Source: Vitrella brassicaformis CCMP3155 (taxonomy: Eukaryota > Protista > Chromerida). Taken from it: DNA of 64,000 nucleotides. Under the pieces are notes generated by a model, which saw only the letters and a program-made list of their open reading frames with translations, made no database searches and was not told where the DNA came from. Each line of letters opens with the position of its first letter. Positions within the stretch are counted from its first letter, which is position 1. Of the stretch, positions 14,001-26,240 are shown in pieces. The stretch covers positions 62,001 to 126,000 of the forward strand of contig CDMY01000285.1 of the NCBI GenBank assembly GCA_001179505.1, in the 5' to 3' direction. The translations under genes and the position numbers were made by a program.

Positions 14001-17000
14001 GTGTGTGTGTCTCATGCAGGCGCATCCACTGGCGCTTCTCGCGAAGGTCTTCAGCGACAATATCGGTGCGTGGCTTTGGATGACACAGACTCTGATTGAG
14101 ACGTGTGTGTGTGCGTGTCTTGATGTGGCTGCAGTTCAAGAGGAGATGGTGATGCGTCGCGAGAAGCTGACCCAGCCGCCCAGGGCCGACCTCATCCGGG
14201 AGCTGCTGGGGCTGTACAACACGGTGCGCAACGCGGCCCAGCAGCTCGATGTGGACACCAGCGATCGCATGAAGCAGCAGATGACCATCGACCACCACTA
14301 CACCCTCTCCCTCGAGGCCGTCGTCCTCGGCGCCGTCGCCACACACTCCCTCTCCCAGTACCTCCAGGCCCACCCCTCCAACAGGCAGCCGGCACACCTC
14401 TTCCACTGCCTGCCGCTGCTTTCGTCGCCCTCTCTCCGGACCTACCTGCTCATTTCGCTCTTCCTCCAGCTGCACCCCAGCGGCGACGCCTCACTCTTTC
14501 CCGCATATGTGCGGCTGTTCTTCGTCCTCGAGTGCATCGCCATTCTCTACACCTTCGCGGCGCCGGGTCAGGACAAGGGAGTGGAGGGCAAGGACGACAC
14601 GGCGCCGCTGGCGTGTGTGCGTGAGGCGTTGGAGAGCGAGATTCGACGCGAGCGCGAGGCTGCTGCGCGGAGGCTGCACGTGATGGAGGTGAAGGAGCGG
14701 CCGAAGCCGCCCACCAACAAGAAGGTCAAGGTGGCGTCGGGCCGGGCACGGCAGACCGCCAGGAAGGCGCTGAACCTGCCGCTGCATATGCCGTTCTCGG
14801 TGCCTGGGGGGCTGGGGATGGTCACCGGCATGACGATCGCCATGGAAACATCCACCAATGCGGCGCAAAGTAAGCAACACTCGACACATAGCAAGTATTG
14901 GACGGAGTCGACGACCTCATATTAATATGTGTGTGGCCCACACCCTGCCCTGTGTGCTGTGCAGCTCCTGCGTCCCAGGGTGCGGTCACAAGTGGCCCGG
15001 CCCCCCCGGCCCAGCCCCCTGCTGGCCCTGGGAACGTCCCGCCGGCGGCCCTCTCGCCCAGCGTCCATCTGGACATCATGGGCACAGCCGGACCACCCCC
15101 AAGCACTGCTGCAGGCGCAACCACTCAGGTCAGCTTGTCTTGTCACCGAGAGAGAGGAGAGGGAGGGTGAGGGCTTGGATGCGTCTGTCTGTTTGCCGTC
15201 CGTCTTGTGGCATTGGTATGTGTGTGTGCAGGGTGCTGCGCCTGGTGGAGGTGGAGGTCCCCTGCTGCCCCCTCCCCTCCCCCCAGGATTCCTCTTCCCG
15301 CAGGGCCCCCCGCCGCCCTGGCTGCAGCAGAACATCAGCAACCTGATCCAGCAGCTGTCGCTGCAGAACCCCCAAAATATCTCCATCACCTGGGGCACCG
15401 GACCCCCACCCTTCATGCCCGGTGGCATCCCCGGCATGCCCGCAATGCCCGCACAACAGATACCGCTGGGACTGCCACCACCACCACCTGCAGCAGCAGC
15501 TGACGGCACGGCCTCGACACAGACACAGACAGGTTCTCCCGCCACGGGCGCACCTCCAGCTGCGGCGGGAGCCATCATGGGTCCGCCCTTCACGGTGCCC
15601 TTGGGTCCGCCGGTTGGGGGCCCCCCATTCCCCCTCCCTGCTGGCCTCCCGCCAGCCGCATTCCCACCTCTCCCAAGCACCACTCCACAGACGGCGGGGG
15701 CCCAGACACAGGTGGCCAGCCAGCCGGGGACAACCGCGGCAGGCACCACTGCAGGTGGCACCGAAAGCGGGACGAGCGCGGCCACCACCACGGCTGGGGC
15801 GCAGACCGGACAGCCCGTCGGTGAGCAAGGGGCAGCAGGGAGGGAGGGAGAGAGGGAGGGAGGGAGGATGGGTTCAGTCCAGTCACACAGGTCAGGTGTG
15901 TGCCACTGCTCTGCACTGCACTGGTCGTGTGGTGTGTGTCCACCAGGTGAGGTGTGGTCGACAGGTTGGACGACGCTGGGTCCGCCGATGATGATGGACG
16001 ACTACATGGATCCTGAGGCGGAGGCCGCCATCGAGGAGGGCGGGCTCGACTGGGACGGACTCAACTCCTCATGGGCTGGCAACTTCAACTCGCTCCAAAA
16101 CGTCACACTCAATGCTCTAGAAGGTAGGTAAAAGAAGAGCGAAGCGACCAGCCCAAGGGGAGAGGAGAGGAGAGGTGCTGGCCATGGGGATGTGTGTGTG
16201 TGTATGTGTATGTGTGTGGTGGTGAATAGGTCTTCTGGAGGCGATGCCGCCCGAGGTGCTCGGCACCGCCGCCACTCACACACAGAGCGCACCCACGTCG
16301 CCCACCAATGGTCAGCAAACTGACGGGACGGGAGGCACGAACGTGAGTGAAGCCTCCCTCACCGTGTTGATGTGCCTGCCCTGCTGTTCAGTGGCTCCCT
16401 CGACCGGTGCGGCGATGGCAGGTCCCAGCGCCCCCTCCAGCCCCATGTCCGGCCCCAGTGCGGGCACCACCACCATCACGGGCAGCGCCACCGCCCCCGC
16501 CCCTGCCCAGGGGCTGCTCTCTCAGCTCCAGTCGCTCTTCCACCTCCCAGGGATGGGCGTCACCCCCCCTGCACCCCCCCCCACCGCACCGGTCACTGCT
16601 GGTATGTATGCTGACAACCAACTAGCACACAAGTGGGTCTGTCTGTATGTGTGTGTCTGGTGGTTGGTTGTCACGTCAGGCCCATCGGGTGGTGGTGAGG
16701 AAGCGTCGACCACCGATGGTGCCGGTGCCGGTGCCACCACCACGACGACCACCCTCAATGCCACGCCGCCCATGCCATACGGGCCGGGCTTCGTCCAGGT
16801 CATGTATGGCACCACAACTGTACCCGTATCAGGTCAGTCAGGTACACACACAGAACAGAAAGAGAGACCGACCGGACCCATCGGGTTGGTTCCTTCCTTG
16901 TCTGTCTGCAGCAGCGGCAGGTTTGGTTGCGAGCGGTGGTGGGGGCGGAGGCGGCGGCGACGGCGACGGTGACGATGGGGACGAGGACAACGACAACGAC

Positions 17001-19505
17001 TGGGACGCCCTGCTCGACGAGGTGCCGACAGGCCCTCCCGTCCCGCCACAGTCGGACGAGCAGCAGGCACAGGAGGGCGGGGACGACACCGTGGCTGTGG
17101 CTGCAGAGGAGAGGGAGGAGGGGCAGCCTGAGGAGGAGAGGGAGGAAGAAAAGGACAAAGAGACCTACCACATCTACATCGACACGGAGGTAAAGCAGAG
17201 TAGTGAGAATGAAGACGTCTCCGTGGCGGCCCACCCCCCACAGTGGCCGCCGCCGCCCCCACTCGCCAAGCCCCCCGGGCCTTTCAACGGCGCCATGAGG
17301 ATCGAGGACCAGGGCGTCCTCTCGGCCATGCTCCACGGCAGGCGGGGCCTGCTGTGCGCCAACCTCCCTCTCCCCCCCACCATCGCAGCGCCGCCCCACG
17401 TCCCCTCGCCGGCCATTGGCGTCATACCGGCCGACGACCAGCAGCGGCTTGCAGGCATCCTGCAGCTGGGGCTGATGCCTTTCTTGCGGCGGCTGGCGAT
17501 TCTCTGCACCATCGCAAAAGTCTCCAGGGGAGGCGGGGAGGGGCAGCAGGGCGGAGGAGACCACCCTGACACGTACGTGGCTGGCTGCACAGAGCGCAAC
17601 AACGTGTGGAATCTCGGCTGTCGACTTTTATTGCGTGTGTTTCAGGGTTGATGTCTTCGACGAGGCGTATTTTCTGCTGGGCAAGCCAAGCGACGACGAC
17701 CCCCTGCGATCCACCAAGGTAAATAAAGTACACACAGACGCGCCCCAGCGACAGCTGCAGTGACAGAAGATCCCTCGGCAAACGAAGCGACCAGACCAGC
17801 CCCTCACACCGCATCTCTCTCCTCTCCTTGCTCCCTCTCTCGACTCATCAATCAGGAGCAGAGTGGTCAGGTGGCCGACGAGGTGGCCCTGCTGCTGGAG
17901 AAGTTCGCCCCCATGTTCGGCCTGCCCACGTCGCTCGACGCATTCCTCGCGCGCATCGCACAGCCCGACGACGACGCAGCCGCAGGCGCGTCGGGCGACG
18001 CCTCACCGGTGGGCAGCGAGGGGATGAGGAACGAGGACGACGAGAGTGCCGTGGTGGAGCCATCCGTCAAGCCCAAAACGGCGCTTGAAGCGGCGCACAA
18101 GCTCTTCAAATGGGTATATGGGAGAGGGAGGATGGATGGATGGATTGATCGCACGGTGTTGACTGTGTGTGTGTAGATGGTTCACCGTGTGGTTCGTCCC
18201 CTCGGTTCGTCGTGCGACATCCCCCTGACGGAGCTGCTGCCCTTCGTCCTGCCGCCGTCGGACGACCAGGGGCCAGAGGAGGCATTCGAGGCCTATATGC
18301 GGGCGTGCTCAGGCCAGCCGGAGCAGCCAGAGCCCGACTACAACGCACTCAAGGTCAGCCAGCCTGAGAGAGAGAGAGACAGCACCACACACAGATGGGC
18401 AGTCTCAATCCGTTTTCCTTTCTGATGTGTCAGAAACACTTTCGCAAGCACGGCCCGCCTCCGAATGTGAATCGTCCGTCGGCGGTGCGTGTGTGGGGGA
18501 GGGTGCACGTCGTCGGGGGCAGGCGACCGACACACGAGGGAGGCGTCATCAGGGAGCCGCTCGTCAGAGTCGCCAACCAGCAGACATTCAAACAAATCGT
18601 GCAGGTGGGGGAATGACATACACAGACAGACGGGGCGGGCACACTGCATGCCTTATTGCTCTGTGTGTGGTGTGTGTGTGTGTGTGTGTGTGCGCCAGCA
18701 CTCTGGGATGCCGTGGGTCGACATGGGCACGATCGAGCCCCCCGCCCCGTCTGATTCGAGTGCTCCCGGGCCGTCGTCGCCGCCGCGTGTGCGTCTGGTG
18801 GTGGGGACGCACCTGCCACATCTGGTGCCCTTGCCGCAGCTCTACCAGACCCTCTTCACAAAAAACATACAGAGAAAGTCAGTGGAGTGAGCACAGACAG
18901 GGGAGGGATGAGTCCAACACAAGAATGAATCAATGGATGGATGGCTGTATGGATCGTCGTGTGTGCAGGCTGACCACCCCCACCGGCGAGCTGCACGTGT
19001 CGCGGCGCCCCGGTATCTGCCTCGGGTGCGGCACACGGCTGTGCTTCGACAAGTGCTGCGCCACCTCCATCGCCCGGCGAGACGACACGAAGCGGCCCCA
19101 CTTCAGACACAAATCCATCATCAACGAAGTCAGTGAGATCTCCCCACACACAACACCACACAACCCTGAGAGCCAATCCATACCCACTCCCACTGCATGT
19201 GTGTGTGTGTGTGTGTGTGGTTGGATGCGATGCAGCACTGCTCGTCGTGTGGCGTGAGCAACATGATGCTGCTGGAGCTGCTGGTCTCGGTGAGCTACAA
19301 CCTGCACCCGCCGCGGATTGCCAACTGGGGCGCCCTGCACCTCGACCGGTACGGCGAGGAGGACCGCAACATGACTCGCGGCAAACCTCTGTGGCTCAAC
19401 TCGCGGCGGCTGACGCAGCTGGTGGGCGCCGTGACGCACCAGAACTTTCCCCTCAACGAGAAGGCCAACCCGCGGCTCGTCTGGGTGCACTCGCCGTTCG
19501 AATGA
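5509..19505 (+). CDS. UBR1: UBR-box N-recognin E3 ubiquitin ligase (UBR1/UBR3/PRT6 family), many exons; one intron contains an assembly gap
   Basis: UBR box CDAVWSGPHFAYRCFTCGTSTSSCICVKCFENSNH/VGHDFIIYRSDCGGCCDCGDP/DAW (6063-6460). Family motifs LMFDVWFKQQFAVVFVRHF and VQLFSVRDL. RING ECVLC...WSCGHKMHLSCY...FNCPYCARP (12655-13380). C-terminal ALHLDRYGEEDRNMTRGKPLWLN ending at TGA 19503-19505. The exact subfamily is uncertain. Confidence 0.92.
10002..10301. other. Assembly gap (300 N) flanked by poly-C, inside a UBR intron
   Basis: N run directly visible, with C runs on both sides. Confidence 0.99.
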
Positions 19506-20107
19506 AGGCAATGCGGGGGACTGACTGACAAGACAACTACCGACGGCCGCCGCTCAGTGGGGAGAGTGGAGAGGGATGAGGTGTGGATGAGGAGGGGAGG
19601 GGAGGGGAGGGGTGGGTGTGGCGAATTAGGGTGTGTGTACCATGCATCCGTCGGTCCATCAGGTCCTTCTTCATTCTTTCCCTCCCTTGTTGTACCATGG
19701 CACTCACTCACTCACTGACTCACTGCTATACCTGCCTCTCTCTCTCTTCGTTGGTGTGTCAGTCAAAGGACGGACGGCGTATTTCAGCAATCATCCGTCT
19801 GTGTGTGTGTCTGCATGCGTGCGGGCGTGTGTGTGTGAGTGTGTGCGTGTCGTGTCGTGGGTGAGTATTTATTTATGACAAGAGACCTTCGACGAGTGAG
19901 TGAATGTTTGTGTGCGACAGAGCGATCTGTCATCTCCTGGTTGATCTGTTCACTGGCCGAGGCTACATAGAAGCCCACTCAGCCAGACAGGGCGTATTCA
20001 CCTTTCTCCTTCACACATACGCTTTACAGCCCGACAGAGAACTGGGACGGGCTGGGGTCAACAAACCCTTCGCGGCTGGATTAGCTCGCAGACCTTTGCC
20101 CTTCAGG

Positions 20108-20630
20108 ATGAACTTCGTTTCCGCTCCTCTTCTCATTATCGGTGTCCTGCGCAGTTGCAGTGCGCAGGGGCAGATATGGAAGGACGCCATCGCCCGTGCG
20201 CATGCACCCATCGCCAACCACTCGCTCACGCCGGTGATGAATCAAACAAAGCAAGCACACGCAGACGGATCCGCATTGCATTGGCATGAGCACTCTCTCC
20301 CTTCTTGCCGTGTGCCTCGCCTTCACTGCAGGTCGGCCCGTCTTCACTCGGCGTCGCAGATGAGGTCAGGCGGCTGGAGTCGTCGGCTCACGTGCGGGCC
20401 GTCGCCAAAGTGACTGGGGAAAGGGCGAGCGAGGTCTTCACGGGCGACGGGTGGATTGCTGAGCTGCCAAAACACGGCAGGAATGAGTCTGCAATGGCGA
20501 GCATCGATTTCATCTTCAAGAACATCAGGCCGACCAACAGAGTGTTTGTTGAGGTCGGCTTTCACGCTGAGAGCGGCAATCAATCCGACACAGATGAACT
20601 GCGAAGGTGAGAAAGAGAGAGTCTGAATGC

Positions 20631-20661
<31 letters not shown>

Positions 20662-21392
20662 GGCATGTGTGCTTGTGACAGGCAGAATTGGACTGGCGTG
20701 GTGCTGGATGCCGTCAGTCAGGGTGGCCAGAGCCGCAATGTCTCCTCCCCTGGGGTCATCAACCTGCACGACGAGTCTCGGCTGAATCACTCCCTCATTG
20801 ACGTCCTCAAGAGTCACAGACTTCCGCACAAACCCGACTTTCTGTCCATCGACACGCGAGCCCTCGATTTGTTTCTCTTCCGAGCCCTCACAAACAGCTC
20901 TTACCCGAAGGCTCGTGTCGTCAAAGTGGCGTATAATCCGAATTTTCCTCTCGCCATTGCAGCCAGTGCTTCTCAAGACTACCAGTGGAGTAAGCAGACA
21001 GGTGCACTCACATCCATGAGGGAGACATCACTTTGTTGTGTCTCTGTTTGTGTGTGTGGTGGTCGGCAGGAGGTGACAAGCTGTTCGGCGCGTCGCTCAA
21101 AGCCCTCTATGACTGCGGCAAGGCTTTTGACTACACGTTGATAGGCGCGATGCCCGGCAGAAGCCTATTCTTCCTCCACCAAAGCGTTATCGACGCCCGG
21201 CCGCCGTCATTAGAGTTATTCAAGGAGGCCACATGTCTCGACGTCGGGAACTCTACTGTGGACAACGACAACACACTGGTCGATTATGGCGTGTATGAGA
21301 AGACTGGCAGCTATGATGAGGCCAGGAAGGCTGCTGAGAAGGTGCCCAGGTTGGTCTTGGAGACATGTGGCTTTCGGCTTGTGCCGTCGTGA
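20108..21392 (+). CDS. FkbM/Methyltransf_21-like protein with N-terminal signal peptide (4 exons)
   Basis: MNFVSAPLLIIGVLRSCSA start. Spliced motifs NRVFVEVGFH / NWTGVVLDA / INLHDE..KPDFLSIDT..KARVVKVAYNPNFP / KLFGASLKALYDCGKAFDYTLI resemble the algal/bacterial FkbM-like family (FVEFG..W.G..D..DLLSIDID..PRVVV.EYN..GASL.AL). Family assignment is by recognition only. Confidence 0.7.
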
Positions 21393-21575
21393 CATACTTA
21401 CTCTTTCGACTTCTTTCGACTTGTTTGTCATGTCTATGAAAATCTCACGCACTCGTCCGCTCACACTGGTTGGTTTTTTGGTCTGTCTAGTCACATCCAA
21501 TTTGTCGAGTGTCTGCTGCACTGCAGCTCTCCTAGGCAGCTATCTAGATGGCTGGCCGTGCTGGACTAGAAAAGT

Positions 21576-21632
21576 ACAGAAGTGGTGCATGTGCCACAGA
21601 TCTGACAGAAGTGGTGCATGTGCCACAGATCT
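21576..21632 (+). repeat. Tandem duplication of a 28-bp unit (ACAGAAGTGGTGCATGTGCCACAGATCT x2)
   Basis: Identical copies start at 21576 and 21605, in intergenic DNA. Confidence 0.9.
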
Positions 21633-22135
21633 AGATGTGTCGATAGACAGACAGACAGGGGTCTCTCGCAGATTGGGAGAACGCAATGTCAGAGAGCTCG
21701 GCGGACGGACAGAGAGAGGACGGACGGAGAGAGAGAGAAAGACAGATCGAGGAAAGACAAGACAGGCAGGCAGGCGCACACAGCCCTCAAAACTCATAGG
21801 GATGATCACCGATCGGCATTGAGAGGGAGGGAGGCACGTGGCTAGGATACACACATGTACACGGACACTCTTACACTTGCCAAGTTATGCACACAGAGGC
21901 TCCAGCTGCTCTCTTAACTGATGTACATATCTATCTCCATCTGTGCTCTCGCCCGTCTCTCTGACTGACATAGCCCGCGGAAGGAAACAAAGAAACAAAG
22001 AGAGAGAGATGCCCAAGCAAAGCAGCGCCCGCCCACAAAACCTGTCCCCTATGTCCCTGTCCCCTATGTCCCTGTCTCTATCTCTCCATCTCTATGTCTC
22101 TCTACCACTATGTACAGCACCCCCCCCCCCCCCCC

Positions 22136-22435
22136 NNNNNNNNNNNNNNNNNNNNNNNNNNNNNNNNNNNNNNNNNNNNNNNNNNNNNNNNNNNNNNNNN
22201 NNNNNNNNNNNNNNNNNNNNNNNNNNNNNNNNNNNNNNNNNNNNNNNNNNNNNNNNNNNNNNNNNNNNNNNNNNNNNNNNNNNNNNNNNNNNNNNNNNNN
22301 NNNNNNNNNNNNNNNNNNNNNNNNNNNNNNNNNNNNNNNNNNNNNNNNNNNNNNNNNNNNNNNNNNNNNNNNNNNNNNNNNNNNNNNNNNNNNNNNNNNN
22401 NNNNNNNNNNNNNNNNNNNNNNNNNNNNNNNNNNN
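22136..22435. other. Assembly gap (300 N) flanked by poly-C
   Basis: Directly visible. Confidence 0.99.
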
Positions 22436-22781
22436 CCCCACCCGGCAAGTACGTATCAATCAATGGATCGATCGGTCTAGTCACCCACCGGCATAAAGGT
22501 ATCCGTGTGGACAGACAGATAGATGGACAGCCCCCTGTGTACACACCACACCACACCACACCACGCCACACCCTCTCTGCACCCCATTTCATGGCGACCG
22601 ACGGCCGTCTGGTCCTTCCCCTCACTGACCCCTCACCCTCCGCCCCTGCAAGCAGCCATCCCAGGCACACTTCCATGCCGGGGAGGCTTCTTTGCACAAA
22701 CAGAAGGGAAGGGGACCGCAGAGGGGTACACCAGGCCCAGGTCACACATCACCAGCACCCCCCCTCTCTCCACCCCCCCTC

Positions 22782-24988
22782 TCACAGCCTCGCTCGTTTC
22801 CTGCTGGCCTCGAGTATCAGCTCGGACGGGCGGACGACCTCTCGGGCGTTGCTGTACCACAGGTAGTCCGCCAGCGGCAGCGGGAAGGGGCCACGCGTCT
22901 GAACACGGTCACACAGAGAAGGGCGAGAAGGGGGGGATGGGGATGGGGATGAGTGCGTGAACCCTTGTGTGTGTCGCTCATGCGTTCGTTCCTCTCACCA
23001 GTGCGAGTCTCATCTGTGACGAGTCGGACACACTGTCGATGGGCGTCGGGTTCAGCAAGATCGACCACACCTGTGCACACACGTGCGCGCGAGAGACCGA
23101 TCAATTGGCTCGCTGCGATGTGTGTGGCTGCCTGATCCGGGTCATACTTGAAAGTCCGGCAGCTTGTAGAAGGCGCCCAGCCGAGCGGCGCGGTCCTGGC
23201 ATCCATAAGTGTACTTGACGTGGTCCGACCCCACCAGCACCACCATCAAGCTCCCAGGATTGTCACGGACGTGCTGCACTGCCTGCAGCCATAGCGCAAG
23301 ACAGACAGACAGAGGTCAGACGCCCACCGACACCGCTGCTCTGCCTGTCTCTCCCTCACCCCAGCGGCCATGGCTTCGTCGCGCACTATTCGTGCCTGCA
23401 GACAGACAGCAGACACAGCGGCCATCCATCCATCCATTCAGTGGCTGCACACTCACTCACCGCAAAGAAGTTGGCAGGAGTGGGGTTGTCGCCGAGCAGG
23501 CCCGCGTTGGCGTGATAGCCGTATGAAGGCAACACCACCTCATCAACGTACATCTTGAACCCAGGCCGCCGCGTCTCTGCAAGAGGGATCCAACATGCAC
23601 CAGCAGACAGACATCCATGTGTACGTGTCCGTGTGTGTGAGAGAGGGTGTTCGTTTCGTACGGTCTCTGAACCCCAGTGGGTCGGGTATGAATTTGTCTC
23701 GAGCCTGCTGTCCCAGGCCTTCCAGGCCACTCGAGACCACCGCTGATGTGTCCTCGGTGGACGGATTGAGAGCAATCAGATGCAGACCTGCACAGACAGA
23801 CGGACAGACAGAGAAGGCGCGGCGTGCTGTGTGTGTGGGGGGGGGGGGTGTGAGTGATCGGCTGGCTGAGTGGGTGACTGACCGCGCTTTTTTGCGAGTT
23901 GGAAGATGGGTAGGTATGCGTCGAACGGCCAGGCCCACCGGGTGGCCCACTCGGTCTTGGTATACAGATCAACGTCGGTGTATTTGCCGCTCAGGTAGCC
24001 GTCAAGGATGGGCTGGAAATCCACCTGAACCTGCACACACACACACACACACAGAAGGCATACATGAGTGCATCGATGTGTGTGTGGTCTGTTTGGTGAG
24101 GTCACCTACCTGTTCCAGTCCGATGGCGATAGGCGGCAGCTTGCCGTTGCTGCCCTTCTGGCGCTCCTCCTCCATCTGGGCTATGAGGGCGGCCTGCAGC
24201 CGATGGTCCTCAGGCGCGTTGTGGTGCTCCCCCATCAACACGATCGTGTTGCCGTCACGCACCGACCATCGCTGGACACACAACACAACACAACACAACA
24301 CACCCACAGGGAGAGAGGAGACAGAGACAGCCACTGAGGTGGCGACGGGGCTGCGGTGGTGAATGCCTGACTCACTGACTGACCCTGAGGGCGTCGGTGC
24401 GTTCGTCCTGGCTGAGAGGGGTGACAATGACTGGGAGTGAGGAGGGCTGCTCCCAGCTTCGCGTCTTCACCTGCACCACACAGACCCACACGCGTGTGTG
24501 AAGCTCCTCGCTCCTGCACGCTGCGGCTGGCTTGCCTCGAATGCCTTGCTGGTGTCAAGGGAATAGGGGGGGAGGTCCAGCGTCGGCCGCTGCATGGAGG
24601 CCGCATCGGCCGAGAGGGCAGGGAGAGACAACAAACCACCTGCAGCCATGCAGCACACACACACACGACCCACAGGAAACGCATGCAACCACATTCAGTG
24701 AAAGGTGCCCCAGCTATGTTGGTCCTTCCTACCTGCTAGAGCTGCCGCATACTGCAGGTGCCCTCGACGGCTCTCCGCCTTCGCAGAGCCGCCTTCCCCG
24801 AGATCCAGCGCCGCATCCCGCAGTTCACCATCGGCCGTCGGTGCCGCGAATCGGCGATCAATCAGCTGCCTGGGTGCGCTGCTGTGTCTTGGTGTGCTGG
24901 AGAGATGCTGCAGGTGAAAGGATGGCCGCCAGCCATGCGCAACCAAGATGGCAAAAGACGCCAGCAAGATGCAGACGAGAATCGACAT
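22782..24988 (-). CDS. ChaN-like (Cofac_haem_bdg/Tiki superfamily) protein with signal peptide, transit peptide and twin-arginine segment; probably plastid thylakoid lumen
   Basis: Spliced motifs IVLMGEHHNAPEDHRLQAALI..IAIGLEQ / VQVDFQPILDGYL..TEWATRWAWPFDAYLPIFQLAK / LIALNP / RDEAMA / MVVLVGSDHVKY are typical of ChaN. N-terminus MSILVCILLASFAILVAHG-WRPSF...SRRGHLQYAAALAGGLLSLPALSADAA. Last exon ends SRKRARL-TGA at 22782-22784. Confidence 0.85.
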
Positions 24989-25182
24989 CTTCAGGAGATC
25001 ACGCTGCCGCTCAGAGCATACCCAAGGGGAAGGAGACTGGATGTGGGCAAAGCAGCAGGATATTCCGCGAAGGTTTGCGAGCTCAGCGGGGATGGCGAGC
25101 TTGAAAATTCGGCTCGAAAATTCCCGACGTTTGGGCGGTTTAGAGGCAGTGAGCGCCTCGCCAGAGTCCGTCATCTCTCATC

Positions 25183-26207
25183 CATGAGTCGTCTTCGCTG
25201 CCGCATGTCGGTTCTCCCGCCCTTCCTGCAGCATTCACGCGGCCTCTTTCGCTCATTCGCCACGGCCGCAGCCGCAGCTGCCCGTGCCCAGACCCTCAGC
25301 GCGCCAGCCTCCCAGGGCTATGCCAGATCTCCCTATTCCCCACAGCAGCAGCAGAGGAACACCATCCCTCGTCTGAACGGTGAATCGGTCCGCAGCCCCT
25401 ACCGGGCGAAGCTAGACCGGCTCGAGACCCCCACTGATGTGCTCAATTGGCTGGCCAAGGAGGAGGGGAGGAGTCAGCCGCTGGACGTCGACGACCTCAC
25501 GGCCGTCGTAGAGCGGGTGTTCGTGACGATGAAGGGGCGGACCGACAAGAAGGAGCAGGTCCTCGCCAGCGACGACTTCCAGCACCTCCTGGGCAAGTTG
25601 GAGACGGCCATAAAGGACGCGCGCGCCTCATCCCTCGCCGAACTAGCCGGCGCACTGACCAAGTTCCGCAACACGGCACTGGGGCCTCTCATGATGGCCG
25701 TTTGTCATCGGTTCCTGGACGTCCAGTCGACTGAGGGCAGCCTGACTACTGTGCTTGAGGCCATGGTGGGTGCCCGGTTCGACCGCAGCATGACAGATGA
25801 GGTGCACCAGATGAATGCCGCACTTCTGGGCCACGTGCGGGAGGCCATGAGCAGGATCAGGTCGCCGAGGCAGCTGGTGAAGCGGCTGCGTGCTGTGAGC
25901 CACCTGGAGCTGGAGAGAGGGGCCGAGGCCGAGCGGGTGGACACCATGAGAGAGATCCTGAGTGGTGAGCAAACAACGCAACGTACATCGACGAGAGGCA
26001 CCGAGTCCCGACGAATGTGGGTGTGTGTGTGTGTGTGTTTAGCGGTGGTTGGCCAGGCTCATGACCTCTATTGGCAGGAAGCCCTGACGCTGCTCGAGGG
26101 CATGGCGGAGACCCGAGTGTACGAGCCTCAGTGCGCCGCACAATGCCGCCAGAAGCTCATCAACGACCTTGACAGGTAGGTCAACCAACCCCCCCCACAC
26201 ACACAAC

Positions 26208-26240
<33 letters not shown>

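Noticed and set aside
1525-17651. Long antisense or alternative-frame ORFs (e.g. 1525..2244 +, 14922..15791 -, 16800..17564 -)
   Set aside because: They are shadows of real GC-rich coding exons and translate through microsatellite introns (VCVCV, THTHT)
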